Assembly (NCBI GenBank): GCA_038087875.1
Contig: JAXLNO010000362.1
Location: 124,001-188,000 of the forward strand
Reading direction: 5' to 3'
Length of the DNA stretch: 64,000 nucleotides
Origin: Malacoraja senta
Taxonomy: Eukaryota
Made by a program: the position numbers and the translations under genes. The notes under the pieces were generated by a model. The model made no database searches, had not been told where the DNA came from, and worked only from the letters and a program-made list of their open reading frames with translations. Below are positions 1 to 12,400 of this stretch, in pieces; the first letter of the stretch is position 1; each line of letters begins with the position of its first letter.

Positions 1-173
1 TGAAAAAGTTTTTACCCCTTTATTCTAAGACTGTGGCCCCTGGTTCTCGACTCGCCCAACATTGGGAACATTTTCTGTGCATCTACCTTGTCCAGTCCTG
101 TTATAATTTTATATGTTTCTATAAGATACCCCCTCATCCTTCTAAACTCCAGTGAATACAAGCCTAGTCTTTT
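1..173 (-). mobile_element. CR1/HER1-type LINE fragment (ORF2 C-terminus) inserted into Ig exon copy 1
   Basis: Minus-strand translation RLGLYSLEFRRMRGYLIETYKIITGLDKVDA...ESRTRGHSLRIKG is the CR1 ORF2 tail. It joins directly to the middle of an Ig exon at ~174-177. Confidence 0.9.
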
Positions 174-176
174 GAA

Positions 177-273
177 TTCCCTCAGCTGACAGGGAAGGAT
201 GCTGGGGTCTATCAGTGTGTGGCGGAGAATAAACACGGGACAGCAGAGAGGGATGTGACCCTCACTGTAGAAT
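177..273 (+). pseudogene. 3' remnant of C2-set Ig exon (copy 1) of Siglec/CD22-like gene
   Basis: Reads FPQLTGKDAGVYQCVAENKHGTAERDVTLTVE (DxGxYxC motif), ending at phase-1 donor T|GTGAGT (274). The 5' part is replaced by CR1 sequence within this window. Confidence 0.85.
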
Positions 274-348
274 GTGAGTAGACACACACTGTCATGTCTA
301 TGTAAAGGCAGATGGTTTATTGGCCCATGAGAGTTGCTGGAATTCACT

Positions 349-552
349 ACACACCCACTCACACTCTTTCACACACACACATGAACATCATCTCTCACAC
401 ACACACTCTGTCGCTCACACACTCACACTCACTCAAACACACACACATTCTCTCACAAACAATCGCCACACACACACGCTCTCTCTCTCTCTCTCTATCT
501 CTATCTCACACACACACTCACTCACTCACTCAAACACACACACACACACACA
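349..552. repeat. Compound (CA)n/(CT)n microsatellite (duplicate at ~9279-9510)
   Basis: Directly visible; the (CT)n tract is longer in the second copy. Confidence 0.9.
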
Positions 553-1079
553 TCCTCAAGATCTTGGAGAAAACCCACGCAGGTCACGGGGAGAACGTGC
601 AAACTCCGTACAGAAAGGCACCAGTGGTCAGGATTGAACCCGGGTCTCTGGCGCTGTGAGGCAGGAGCTCTACCCACTGCGCCACCATGCCGCCCACATC
701 TACAGTCTTTTGTGTTCCCCACCTGTATGTAGCCTGTCTCACCTCTGCCTGACATTGTTGGATTATATTGGTCTTTCCACCCAGAAACCTTCAATGCCCC
801 CCTCTATGTATCGTCACTCCTCACGTTGCTTAAACACAAAGTAGTGGAGCAACTCAGTGGGTCAGGCAGCATCTTTAGTCATATAGAGTCTTACAGCATG
901 GTAACAGGCCCTTTGGCCCAACTTGCCCACACCGGCCAACGAGCCCCATCTACACTAGTCCCACCTGCCCTAATTCGGACCATATCCCTCCAAACAAGTC
1001 CTATCCATGTTACCTGTCCAACTGTTTTTTAAACGTTGCAATGGTCCCAGCCTCAATTACCTCCTCCGGCAGCTCATTC

Positions 1080-1440
1080 CTTATAAAAGGACTGGACAAG
1101 CTAGATGCAGGAAAAAAAATTCCAATGTTGGGCGAGTCCAGAACCACGGGCCACAGTCTTAGAATAAAGTGGAGGCCATTTAAGACTGAGATGAGAATAA
1201 ACTTTTTCACTCAGAGAGTTGTGAATTTATGGAATTCCCTGCCACAGAGGGCAGTGTAGGCCAAATCACTGGATGGATTTAAGAGACAGTTTGATAAAGC
1301 TCTAGGGGCTAGTGGAATCAAGGGATATGGGGAGAAGGCAGGCAGGGTTATTGATTGGGGATGATCAGCCATGATCACAATGAATGGCGGTGCTGGCTCG
1401 AAGGGCCGAATGACCTCCTCCTGCATCTATTTTCTATGTT
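1080..1440 (+). mobile_element. CR1 3'-end fragment (duplicate ~10037-10396)
   Basis: KGLDKLDAGK...NFFTQRVVNLWNSLPQRAV, followed by the CR1 3' UTR ending ...CTATTTTCTATGTT. Confidence 0.85.
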
Positions 1441-1554
1441 CCATACACTCACCACCCTCTGCATGAAAACAGTTACCCCTCAGGATCCATTAAATCTTCT
1501 CCCCCTCATCTTAAACCTAAGTATAGAATCCTAGCGTGCTCAACCTCTCCCTGT

Positions 1555-1650
1555 AGTCTGAAGAAGGGTCTCGACCCGAAACGACACCCATTCCTTATCT
1601 CCAGAGATGCTGCCTGTCCCGCTGAGTTATTCCAGCTTTTTGTGTCTATG
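1555..1650 (+). mobile_element. Penelope-like element pLTR fragment with minimal hammerhead motif (duplicate ~10510-10605)
   Basis: CTGAAGA-AGGGTCTCGACCC-GAAAC followed by AGAGATGCTGCCTGTCCCGCTGAGTTA; this module recurs many times in the window on both strands. Confidence 0.7.
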
Positions 1651-3334
1651 CGATTACAATAGTGTCATCCACTGTGTACACATACAAGATAAGGGAATAA
1701 CGTTTAGTGCAAGAAAAAGCCAGTAAAGTCCGATCAAAGATTAATTCGGGACTGCTCTCTGGTTGTGGTACGATGGTTCAGTTGCCTGATAACAGCTGGG
1801 AAGAAACTGTCCCTGAATCTGGAGGTATGCCTTTTCACACTTCTGTACCTCTTGACCGATGGGAGAGGGGAGAAGAGGGAGTTGCTGGGGAGCGACTCAT
1901 CCTTGATTATGGTGCTGGCCTTGCCAAAGCAGCGTGAGGTGTAGATAGAGTCAACCGCCCAACATGCCCCATCTACACTAGTCCCACATGCCTCCATTTG
2001 GCCCATGTCCCTCCAAACCTGTGCTATCCATGTACCTGTACAACTGTTTCTTAAACGTTGGGATAGTCCCAGCCACAACTACCTCCTCTGGCAGCTCGTT
2101 CCATACACCCACCACCTTTATGTTGATAAAAGTTACCCCTCACATTCCATTAAATCGTCTCCCCTCTCATCTTAAATCTATGTCCTCTGGTCCTCGATTC
2201 CCCTACTCTGGGCAAGAGACTCTGTGCGTCTACCTGATCAATTCCTCCGAATGATTTTGCACACCTCTATAAGATCACTCCTCATCCTCCTGCACCACAA
2301 GGAGTCCCAGCCTGCCCCAACCTCCCTGTAGCTCAGGCCTTGCATCCTGGAGGACAAGGGTAGGTGATGTTTCAGGTGAGTTACGTCTTTTATTTACTGT
2401 TGTCCTCTTGAGTTTCATTGCCTGTATACATCGTTATCACCTACCCCAGAGCCAACAACGGACCATGGTGAGCTCGATGTTTTACCTGATCATCGTTGCT
2501 TTTGCATATCTTTCATTTATTTGTGCCGTTTATATCTCGTTTCCAACTCCCCGACTCTCAGTCCGAAGAAGGGCCTGTCAGATTTTCACTTACTGTAACT
2601 GCAGGAAACATGTTCCTGATGTTGGGGGTGTCCAGAACCAGGGGTCACAGTTTAAGAATAAGGGGTAGGCCATCTAGGAATGAGATGAGGACAAACTTTC
2701 TTCACCCAGAGAGTTGTGAATCTATGGAATTCCCTGCCACAGAAGGCAGTGGAGGCCAATTCACTGGATATTTTCAAGTGAGAGTTACATTAAGCTCTTG
2801 GGGCTAGTGAAATCATGGGATATGTGGAAAAAACAGGAAAGGGGTACTGATTTTAGATGAACAGCCATGATCATATTGAATGGCACTGCTGACTCGAAGG
2901 GCCAAATGGCCTATTCCTGCACCTATTTTCTATGTTTATATGTAACTTGCTCATGCTTGAATATATGACAATAAAACTCGACCACTTGATATTAAAGCAT
3001 TCATGCATGGTGGAGGTATACTGTAGTCATAGAGTGATACAGTGTGAAAATAGGTCCTTCGGCCCAACTTGCCCACACCCGCCAACATGTCCCATCCACA
3101 CTACCTGCTTTTGTTCCATATCCCTCCAAACCTGTCCTATCCATGTATCAGTCTAACTGTTTCTTCAATGTTGGGATAGTCCCTGCCTCAACTACCTCCT
3201 CTGGCAGCTTGTTCCGTACACCCACCACCCTTTGTGTGGAAAAATGTTCCCCCTCAGATTCCTATGCAATCTTATCCCTTTCACCTTAATTCTGTCCTCT
3301 GGTCCTCGATTCACCTACTCTGGGCAAGAGAGTG

Positions 3335-4065
3335 AATTGAAATGTATATTTCTAATGCATTTTAGATTTATCAAAACTCTTTATTTTAAAAAAAAGTGAT
3401 GTTTCCACAAACATATACCCCATTTATTATTGTCATGGTTTGATGATTCTAAATTCAAATCAAAATGATATATACGTCAAAAGGACAACGCATACTTTCA
3501 AAATACTCTGAATTTTTCCCTGAGCAAAACATAATTTTTAAGACTTTGCAAAACAGGAAATGTTATGATTATTTCTTGTCCCTTTTTCCAACTACAAACA
3601 AAAAAAATAGCACTTGAAATTAGAACATATTTAAAAGTATTTCTGTCAAATTTCCTGTACCGTGTAAGGCACTGTCGTCGATCCAGGGATGGGGGGGGGG
3701 GGGAGGGGGATGCGGGATATATGCCCCCACTTTTTGAGGTGGGGGGTGGCCTGTATTATTATCGGCCAGTTTTTGGAGATCGAGCAATAACAAAAATAAT
3801 AATCACCTGCTCCTATCTCTGATGTGGGCCCTATAATATCTTAAAAATACTTCAAACAAAAAACATTGAAATCATACTTCTACAATGCACTAAAACATGA
3901 TTTTAATGCATCAAATTTCAAAAAGTCCCTACCGTGGGAGAGGGGGCACCCCCCTCTCACACCCTCCTCCCATTAAGTCGCTCCATTCCCTCGCCGGGTA
4001 CCCCCAAGGCCAGTGATCAGTGATCGTTCAGCCCCCCCACTTTCAAAAACGCTCCGCGGCCCCTG
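3335..4065 (-). mobile_element. Truncated non-autonomous DNA transposon, hAT-like terminus (duplicate ~12275-13005)
   Basis: AT-rich non-coding body ending in ...GCTCCGCGGCCCCTG (CAGGGG... on minus), a terminus style typical of hAT elements. The second TIR was not seen. Confidence 0.45.
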
Positions 4066-6290
4066 ATTAACTACCTGCTGACTAAAGACGTTCTTCCTCT
4101 CCTCCTTTCTAAAAGAGCGCCCATTAATTCTGAGGCTATGACCACTGGTCCTAGACTCTCCCACCAGTGGAGACATCCTCTCCACATTCACTCTATCTAT
4201 GCCTTTCATTATTCTGTAAGTTTCAATGAGGTCCCCACCTCAACCTTCTGATCTCCAGTGAGTAGAGGCCCGGTGCTGTCAAGCGCTCATCATATGTTAA
4301 CACACTCATTCCAGGAATCATTCTGTCAACCTCCAATGGACCCTTTCCAGGGCCAGCACATCCTTCCTCAGATACTGGGCCCAAATCTGCTCACAACATA
4401 CCAAATACGGCCTGGTCAGCGCCTTATAGAGCCTCAGCAGTACATCCCTGTTTTTGTATTCCAGACCTCTTGATATAAATGCTAGCATTGACTTTGCATT
4501 CCTTACTACCGATTCGGTTTGCAAATTAGCTTTTTGCTCGTCCTGCACCAGCACTCGCAAGTCCCTTTGCATCTCTGATTTCTGGATTTTCTCTCCATTT
4601 AGAAAATACTCTACACCTTTACTCTTATTACCAAAATGCATGACTTCACACTCTGCAATACTGAATTTCATCTGCTACTTCTCTGCCCACTCTACTAACC
4701 TGTCCAAGCCCTTCTGCAGAGTCCTTGCTTTCTCTACGCTACCTACCTTAGTATCATCTGCAAACTTGGCCACAAAGCCTTCAATCCCCTTATCCAAATC
4801 ATTAATATACAACATTAAGAGAAGCGGCCCCAGCACTGACCCTTGCGGACTCCACTGGTCACTGGCAGCCAACATGATATAGCTCCTTTAATTGCAACTC
4901 TTTGACTACTGCCATTGAGCCAATCCGCTATCCATGCTAGTATCTTCCCTTTAATACCATGGGTTCTCATCTTCCCCAGCAGCCTCACGTACGGCACCTT
5001 ATTGAAGACTTTCAGAAAATCTAGGTAAAGAAACATTGAAAATAGATGCAGGAGTAGGCCATTCGTCCCTTCCAAGTAGCACCGCCATTGAAAATGATCA
5101 CGGCTGATCATCCAAAATCAGTAGCCCATTCCTGCTTTCTCCCCATATCCCTTGATTCTGTTCGCCCTAAGAGCTAATTCTAACTCTCTCTTGAAAATAT
5201 CCAGTGAATTGGCCTCCACTGCCTTCTGTGGCAGAGATTTGCACAAATTCACAACTCTCTGGGTGAAAAGGATTTTCCTCAACTCAGTCCTAAATGGCCT
5301 ACCGCTTATTCGTAAACTGTGGCCCCTGGTTCTGGACTTCCGCAACATCGGGAACATTTTTCCTGCATCCAGGCTGTCCAATCCCTTCAGAAGTGTTCTA
5401 TGTTTCTTTAAGATACCCTCTCATCCTTCTAAAGTTCAGTGAATACAAGCCCAGTCAAACCATTATTTCCTTATATGTCAGTCCTGCCATCCCAGGAATT
5501 AACCTGGTGAACCCACGCTGCACTCCCTCAATAGCAAGAATGTCCTTCCTCAAATTAGGTGTCCAAAACTGCACACAATACTCCAGGTATGGTCTCATGA
5601 GGGCCCTGTACAACTGCAGAAGGCCCACCTTGCTCCTTTTCTCAAATCCTCTCGCTTTGAAGGCCTACATGCCATTTGCTTTCTTCACTGCTTTCTTTAA
5701 TCCACAGCCACCCCTCTGTCTGTCCTGGTATTAACTTCCTCAAAGAACTCCAGCAGATTTGTCAGGCAAGATTTTCCCTTCACAGAACCATGCTGACCGG
5801 TCCATTTTATCGTGAACTTCTAAGTACTGCGTAACCTCTTCCTTTACAATTGACTCAAAAATCTTACCAACCACTGAAGTCAGGCTAACCGGCCTATAGT
5901 TTCTGCTCTTCTGCTTTGATCCCTTCTTGTATAGCGGGATGATATTCGCAAATTTCCAATCTTCATGAACCACTCCTAACTCTAGTGATTCTTGAAATAT
6001 CACAACTAATGCCTCCACAATCTCTGAGGCCACCTCATTCAGAACCCTGGGGTGCAGTCCATCCGGTCCAGGTGACTTATCCATCCTCAGACCTTTCAGT
6101 TTTCCTAGCACCTTCTCCTTAGTAATCGCCACTCCACTAACTTCCACCCACTGTCTCTCTAGGATTGCATGCACACTAATGGTGTCCTCCACGGTGAAGG
6201 CTGATGCAAAACAGTTATTCAATTCCTTTTCCATTTCTTGATTTCTCCTGCATCATTCTCCCGCGGCCCAACGTCCACTCTTGCCTCTTT
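4066..6290 (-). mobile_element. Decayed CR1 LINE ORF2 with a nested CR1 3' piece at ~5029-5700 (duplicate ~13006-15235)
   Basis: RT motifs DKSPGPDGLHP, NYRPVSLTS, PQGSVLGPLL and KFADDTK, in broken frames. Confidence 0.9.
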
Positions 6291-6499
6291 TTTTACTCTC
6301 TATATATATCCATAGAAACTCTTGGTATCCTCTTTTACATTATTGGCCAGCTTACATTCGTACTGAAGATAGACACAAAAAAGCTGGACTAACTCAGCGG
6401 GACAGGCAGCATCTCTGGAGAGAAGGAATGGGTGACATTTCGGGTCGAGGCCCTTCTTCAAGCCGGTTAGGGATAAGGTAAATGATGGATACAGACGAT

Positions 6500-8350
6500 G
6501 ATGTACACTAGCAAGTTTGCGGATGACACAAAGCTTGGTGGCAGTGTGAACTGTGAAGAGGATGTTAGGAGGTTGCAGGGTGACCTGGACAGGTTGAGTG
6601 AGTGGGCAGATGCATGGCAGATGCAGTATAATATACATATATGTGAGGTTATCCACTTTGGTGGCAAAAACAAGGGGGCAGATTACCAATTACCAAGCAC
6701 TTTATTTGTCCCCGAGGGGCAATTTAAACAAACAATACATTTAATCTGCACCGACCGGTCGACCGCATGAGCAGCGACCCGGCAATGGATTGGGTTGTCA
6801 GCAGCGATACAATAAAAAGAACACACAAAAAGTAACACAAACATCCACCACAGCATTCATCACTGTGGTGGAAGGCACAAAAATTTGGCCAGTCCTCCTC
6901 CATTTCCCCCCCGTGGACAGGACCAGAGTCCAAGTCAGTCCAGGATCGGCTCTTCCTCACCGGAGACCGCGGCTTTAGATTGTTGTGGGCCGCAGGCCGG
7001 CGGTCAAGATTTAAAGTCCCTGCCGCAGCCAGAAGCACCGTAGACTGCAGGGCCGGCGGTCGAAGCTCCCCTCCAGGGGTGATGATAAGTCCATGCCGGC
7101 CCCGCGGTAGAAGTTGGCCGCGGGCCGGCAATGATGGCTTCTTCTTCTTCCCCCGGGTCCCCCAAGAGGGATCCCGGGCTGTAGACGCCGCACCAGCTGG
7201 AGCTCTGCAGACCGTGACTTCAGGCTGCGACTTCAGGCTGCCGGCTGCCCCGGGCCAGCGAAACGGAGCGCTCCCCTCCAGCGAGCCCCAGCGAGGGTTC
7301 ACCCGCTCCACGCCGAGAGTCCACGCTGCGCCCGCCGCTGAAGCCCGGGCACGTCTCCGGGAAAGGCCGCGCCGATCCTTGATGTTAGGCCACGGGGGAG
7401 GCGACCTGGAAAAAGTCGCCTCTCCATGGAGGAGGCGACCGAAGCGGTTCCCCCTTACCCCCCCACACAAGACATACAAAGAAACATTAATTACACATTT
7501 TAAAACATACTAAAAATAAAAAATAAAGTTGAAAAAACTGACGCACTGCTGACATGGCTGCTGCCAAAGCAGCGCCCCCTACAGATTATTATCTCAATGG
7601 GGTTAGGTTAGGTAAGGGGGGGGGGGGTGCAACGAGACCTGGGCGTCCTTGTACACCGGTCACTGAAAGTTGGCTTACAGGTACAGCAGGCAGTGAAGAA
7701 AGCTAATGGAATGTTGGCCTTCATAACAAGAGGATTTCAGTATAGGAGTAAAGAGGTTCTTCTGCGTAGGGCTCTGGTGAGACCACATCTGGAGTATTGT
7801 GCACAGTTTTGGTCTCCTAATTTGAGGAAGGACATCCTTGTGATTGAGGCAGTGCAGCGTAGGTTCACGAGCTTGATGGGATGGCGGGACTATCATATGA
7901 GGAAAGATTGAAAAGGCTAGGCTTGTATTCACTGGAGTTTAGAAGGATGAGGGGGATCTTATAGAAACATATAAACTTGTAAAAGGACTGGACAAGCTAG
8001 ATGCAGGAAAAATGTTCCCAATCTTGGGCAAGTCCAGAACCAGGGGCCACAGTCTTAGAATAATGGGGAGGTTATTTAAGACTGAGGTGAGAAGAAACTT
8101 TTTCACCCAGAGAGTTGTGAATTTATGGAATTCCCTGCCACAGAGGGCAGTGGAGGCCAAGTCACTGGATGGATCTAAGAGAGAGTTAGATAGAGCTCTA
8201 GGGGCTAGTGGAGTCAAGGGATATGGGGAGAAGGCAGGCACGGGTTATTGATAGTGGACGATCAGCCATGATCACAATGAATGGCGGTACTGGCTCGAAG
8301 GGCCGAATGGCCTCCTGCACCTATTTTCTATGTTTCTATGTTTCTATCTA
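6500..8350 (+). mobile_element. 5'-truncated CR1 LINE interrupted by the 6686-7581 insertion (uninterrupted duplicate ~15445-16370)
   Basis: SKFADDTKLGG...RDLGVLVH...NFFTQRVVNLWNSLP, with a (TTTCTATG)n tail. Confidence 0.9.
6686..7581 (-). mobile_element. Non-autonomous retroposon (SINE-like, Rex1-type tail) with 7-bp TSD
   Basis: Flanked by CAGATTA (6679-6685 and 7582-7588) and absent from the duplicate unit. Minus-strand 5' end TAGGGGGCGCTGC; 3' end CCCCTCGGGGACAAATAAAG plus a TTGGTAA repeat. Confidence 0.85.
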
Positions 8351-8924
8351 GAGAGATAAAGAACACTAAATGTAAGATCAGAGAGCAGGAACTTGATCAT
8401 TGGCCAGATGAGCTGATGAATGGTTAATTGAACTTAAATCAGACAAATGTGAGTTTTGGGACGTCTAACAAGAGCAGCACCAACACAGTAAATGGTCGGC
8501 CTCTGGGGAGTGTTGTAGAGCAGAGGGATCAAGGAGTGCAGGTGCAAGGTTCCTTGAAGGTCAAGTCGCAGGTAGATCGGGTGGTCAAAAAGGCTTTTGG
8601 CACACTGGCCTTCACCAGTCAGAGTATTTGAGTATAGAAGTTGGGTGATCATGTTGCAGTTGTATAAGATGTTGGTGAGACCACATTTAGAATATTGTGT
8701 CGGTTCTGGGCACCATGTTACAGGAAAGATATTATCAAGCTTGAAAGGGTTCAGAGAAGATTTCTGAGAATGTTGCCAGGACTAGAGGGCCTGAGCTACA
8801 GGGAGAGGTTGAGCAGGCTGGGTCTCTATTCCTTGGAGCACAGGTGGATAAGGGGTGATCTTATAGAGGTGAAAAGATCATGAGGGGAATAGATTGACAC
8901 GTTTAAACCTTTGTTTGTCTTTAG

Positions 8925-9204
8925 ATGCTCCACAAAATCTCTCAATCACTCCACGACGATGCGAACAGTTCCCGGGTCATTGTAAAGGAAGGAAACTTTG
9001 CAGCGATCCTCTGCTCCGTCCAGAGTTTCCCAGCATCTAACCTGACGTGGGGACATCTCGGTGTCACGCTGAACACAACATTTTCCAGCAACGAGCTGTG
9101 GATGCAGTTCCCTCAGCTGACACGGCAGAACGCTGGGGTCTATCAGTGTGTGGCGGAGAATGAACACGGGACAGCAGAGAGGGATGTGACCCTCACTGTA
9201 GAAT
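8925..9204 (+). pseudogene. C2-set Ig exon copy 2, 2-bp shorter than copy 3 (frameshift)
   Basis: Acceptor TTTGTTTGTCTTTAG|, donor T|GTGAGT, 280 bp. ATCACTCCAC versus ATCACTTCCCAC in copy 3 gives a TAA in the spliced frame. Confidence 0.8.
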
Positions 9205-9409
9205 GTGAGTAGACACACACTGTCATGTCTATGTAAAGGCAGATGGTTTATTGGCCCATGAGAGTTGCTGGAATTCACTACACACCCACTCACACTCTTT
9301 CACACACACACATGAACATCATCTCTCACACACACACTCTGTCGCTCACACACTCACACTCACTCAAACACACACACACATTCTCTCACAAACAATTGCC
9401 ACACACACA

Positions 9410-9463
<54 letters not shown>

Positions 9464-12400
9464 ATCTCACACACACACGCACTCACTCACTCAAACACAC
9501 ACACACACATCCTCAAGATCTTGGAGAAAACCCACGCAGGTCACGGGGGGAACGTGCAAACTCCGTACAGAAAGGCACCGGTGGTCAGGATTGAACCCGG
9601 GTCTCTGGCGCTGTGAGGCAGGAGCTCTACCCACTGCGCCACCATGCCGCCCACATCTACAGTCTTTTGTGTTCCCCACCTGTATGTAGCCTGTCTCACC
9701 TCTGCCTGACATTGTTGGATTATATTGGTCTTTCCACCCAGAAACCTTCAATGCCCCCCTCTATGTATCGTCACTCCTCATGTTGCTTAAACACAAAGTA
9801 GTGGAGCAACTCAGTGGGTCAGGCAGCATCTTTAGTCATATAGAGTCTTACAGCATGGTAACAGGCCCTTTGGCCCAACTTGCCCACACCGGCCAACGAG
9901 CCCCATCTACACTAGTCCCACCTGCCCTAATTCGGACCATATCCCTCCAAACAAGTCCTATCCATATTACCTGTCCAAATGTTTTTTAAACGTTGCAATG
10001 GTCCCAGCCTCAACTACCTCCTCCGGCAGCTCATTCCTCATAAAAGGACTGGACAAGCTAGATGCAGGAAAGAAAATTCCAATGTTGGGCGAGTCCAGAA
10101 CCACGGGCCACAGTCTTAGAATAAAGTGGAGGACATTTAAGACTGATATGAGAATAAACTTTTTCACTCAGAGTTGTGAATTTATGGAATTCCCTGCCAC
10201 AGGGAGCAGTGGAGGCGAAATCACTGGATGGATTTAAGAGACAGTTTGATGAAGCTCTAGGGGCTAGTGGAATCAAGGGATATGGGGAGAAGGCAGGCAG
10301 GGTTATTGATTGGGGACGATCAGCCATGATCACAATGAATGGCGGTGCTGGCTCAAAGGGCCGAATGGCCTCCTCCTGCATCTATTTTCTATGTTCCATA
10401 CACTCACCACCCTCTGCATGAAAACAGTTACCCCTCAGGATCCATTAAATCTTCTCCCCCTCATCTTAAACCTAAGTATAGAATCCTAGCGTGCTCAACC
10501 TCTCCCTGTAGTCTGAAGAAGGGTCTCGACCCGAAACGACACCCATTCCTGATCTCCAGAGATGCTGCCTGTCCCGCTGAGTTATTCCAGCTTTTTGTGT
10601 CTACACGATAACAATAGTGTCATCCACTGTGTACACATACAAGATAAGGGAATAACGTTTAGTGCAAGAAAAAGCCAGTAAAGTCCAATCAAAGATTAAT
10701 CCGGGACTGCTCTCTGGTTGTGGTAGGATGGTTCAGTTGCCTGATAACAGCTGGGAAGAAACTGTCCCTGAATCTGGAGGTATGTCTTTTCACACTTCTG
10801 TACCTCTTGACCGATGGGAGAGGGGAGAAGAGGGAGTTGCTGGGGAGCGACTCATCCTTGATTATGGTGCTGGCCTTGCCAAAGCAGCGTGAGGTGTAGA
10901 TAGAGTCAACCGGCCAACATGCCCCATCTACACTAGTCCCACATGCCTCCATTTGGCCCTTGTCCCTCCAAACCTGTGCTATCCATGTACCTGTACAACT
11001 GTTTCTTAAACATTGGGATAGTCCCAGCCACAACTACCTCCTCTGGCAGCTCGTTCCATACACCCACCACCTTTATGTAGATAAGTTACCCCTCACATTC
11101 CATTAAATCGTCTCCCCTCTCATCTTAAATCTATGTCCTCTGGTCCTCGATTCCCCTACTCTGGGCAAGAGACTCTGTGCGTCTACCTGATCAATTCCTC
11201 CAAATGATTTTGCACACCTCTATAAGATCACTCCTCATCCTCCTGCACCACAAGGAGTCCCAGCCTGCCCCAACCTCCCTGTAGCTCAGGCCTTGAATCC
11301 TGGAGGACAAGGGCAGGTGACATTTCAGGTGAGTTACGTCTTTTATTTACTGTTGTCCTCTTGAGTTTCATTGCCTGTATACATCGTTATCACCTACCCC
11401 AGAGCCAACAACGGACCATTGTGGGCTCGATGTTTTACCTGATCATCGTTGCTTTTGCATATCTTTCATTTATTTGTGCCATTTATATCTCGTTTCCAAC
11501 TCCCCGACTCTCAGTCCGAAGAAGGGCCTGTCAGATTTTCACTTACTGTAACTGCAGGAAAAATGTTCCTGATGATCGGGGTGTCCAGAACCAGGGGTCA
11601 TAGTTTAAGAATAAGGGGTAGGCCATCTAGGACAGAGATGAGGACAAACTTTCTTCACCCAGAGAGTTGTGAATCTATGGAATTCTCTGCCACAGAAGGC
11701 AGTTGAGGCCAATTCACTGGATGTTTTCAAGTGAGAGTTACATTAAGCTCTTGGGGCTAGTGAAATCATGGGATATGGGGAAAAAACAGGAAAGGGGTAC
11801 TGATTTTAGATGAACAGCCATGATCATATTGAATGGCACTGCTGGCTCGAAGGGCCAAATGGCCTATTCCTGCACCTATTTTCTATGTTTCTATGTAACT
11901 TGGTCATGCTTGAATATATGGCAATAAAACTCGACCACTTGATATTAAAGCATTCATGCATGGTGGAGGTATACTGTAGTCATAGAGTGATACAGTGTGA
12001 AAATAGGTCCTTCGGCCCAACTTGCCCACACCCGCCAACATGTCCCATCCACACTACCTGCTTTTGTTCCATATCCCTCCAAACCTGTCCTATCCATGTA
12101 TCAGTCTAACTATTCTTCAATGTTGGGGTAGTCCCTGCCTCACTACCTCCTCTGGCAGCTTGTTCCGTACACCCACCACCCTTTGTGTGGAAAATGTTAC
12201 CCCTCAGAAATCTTATCCCTTTCACCTTAATTCTGTCCTCTGGTCCTCGATTCACCTACTCTGGGCAAGAGAGTGAATTGAAATGTATATTTCTAATGCA
12301 TTTAAGATTTATCAAAACTCTTTATTTAAAAAAAAAAGTTATGGTTCCACAAACATATACCCCATTTATTATTGTCATGGTTTGATGATTCTAAATTCAA

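Noticed and set aside
312..659. His/Thr/Ser-rich ORFs (also 9243-9689 and 58364-58758)
   Set aside because: Translations of CA/CT/GA microsatellites.
6724..7513. 251-aa and 177-aa ORFs in the GC-rich insertion
   Set aside because: No domain motifs, and the frames are not preserved in the related copies at 46-48 kb.
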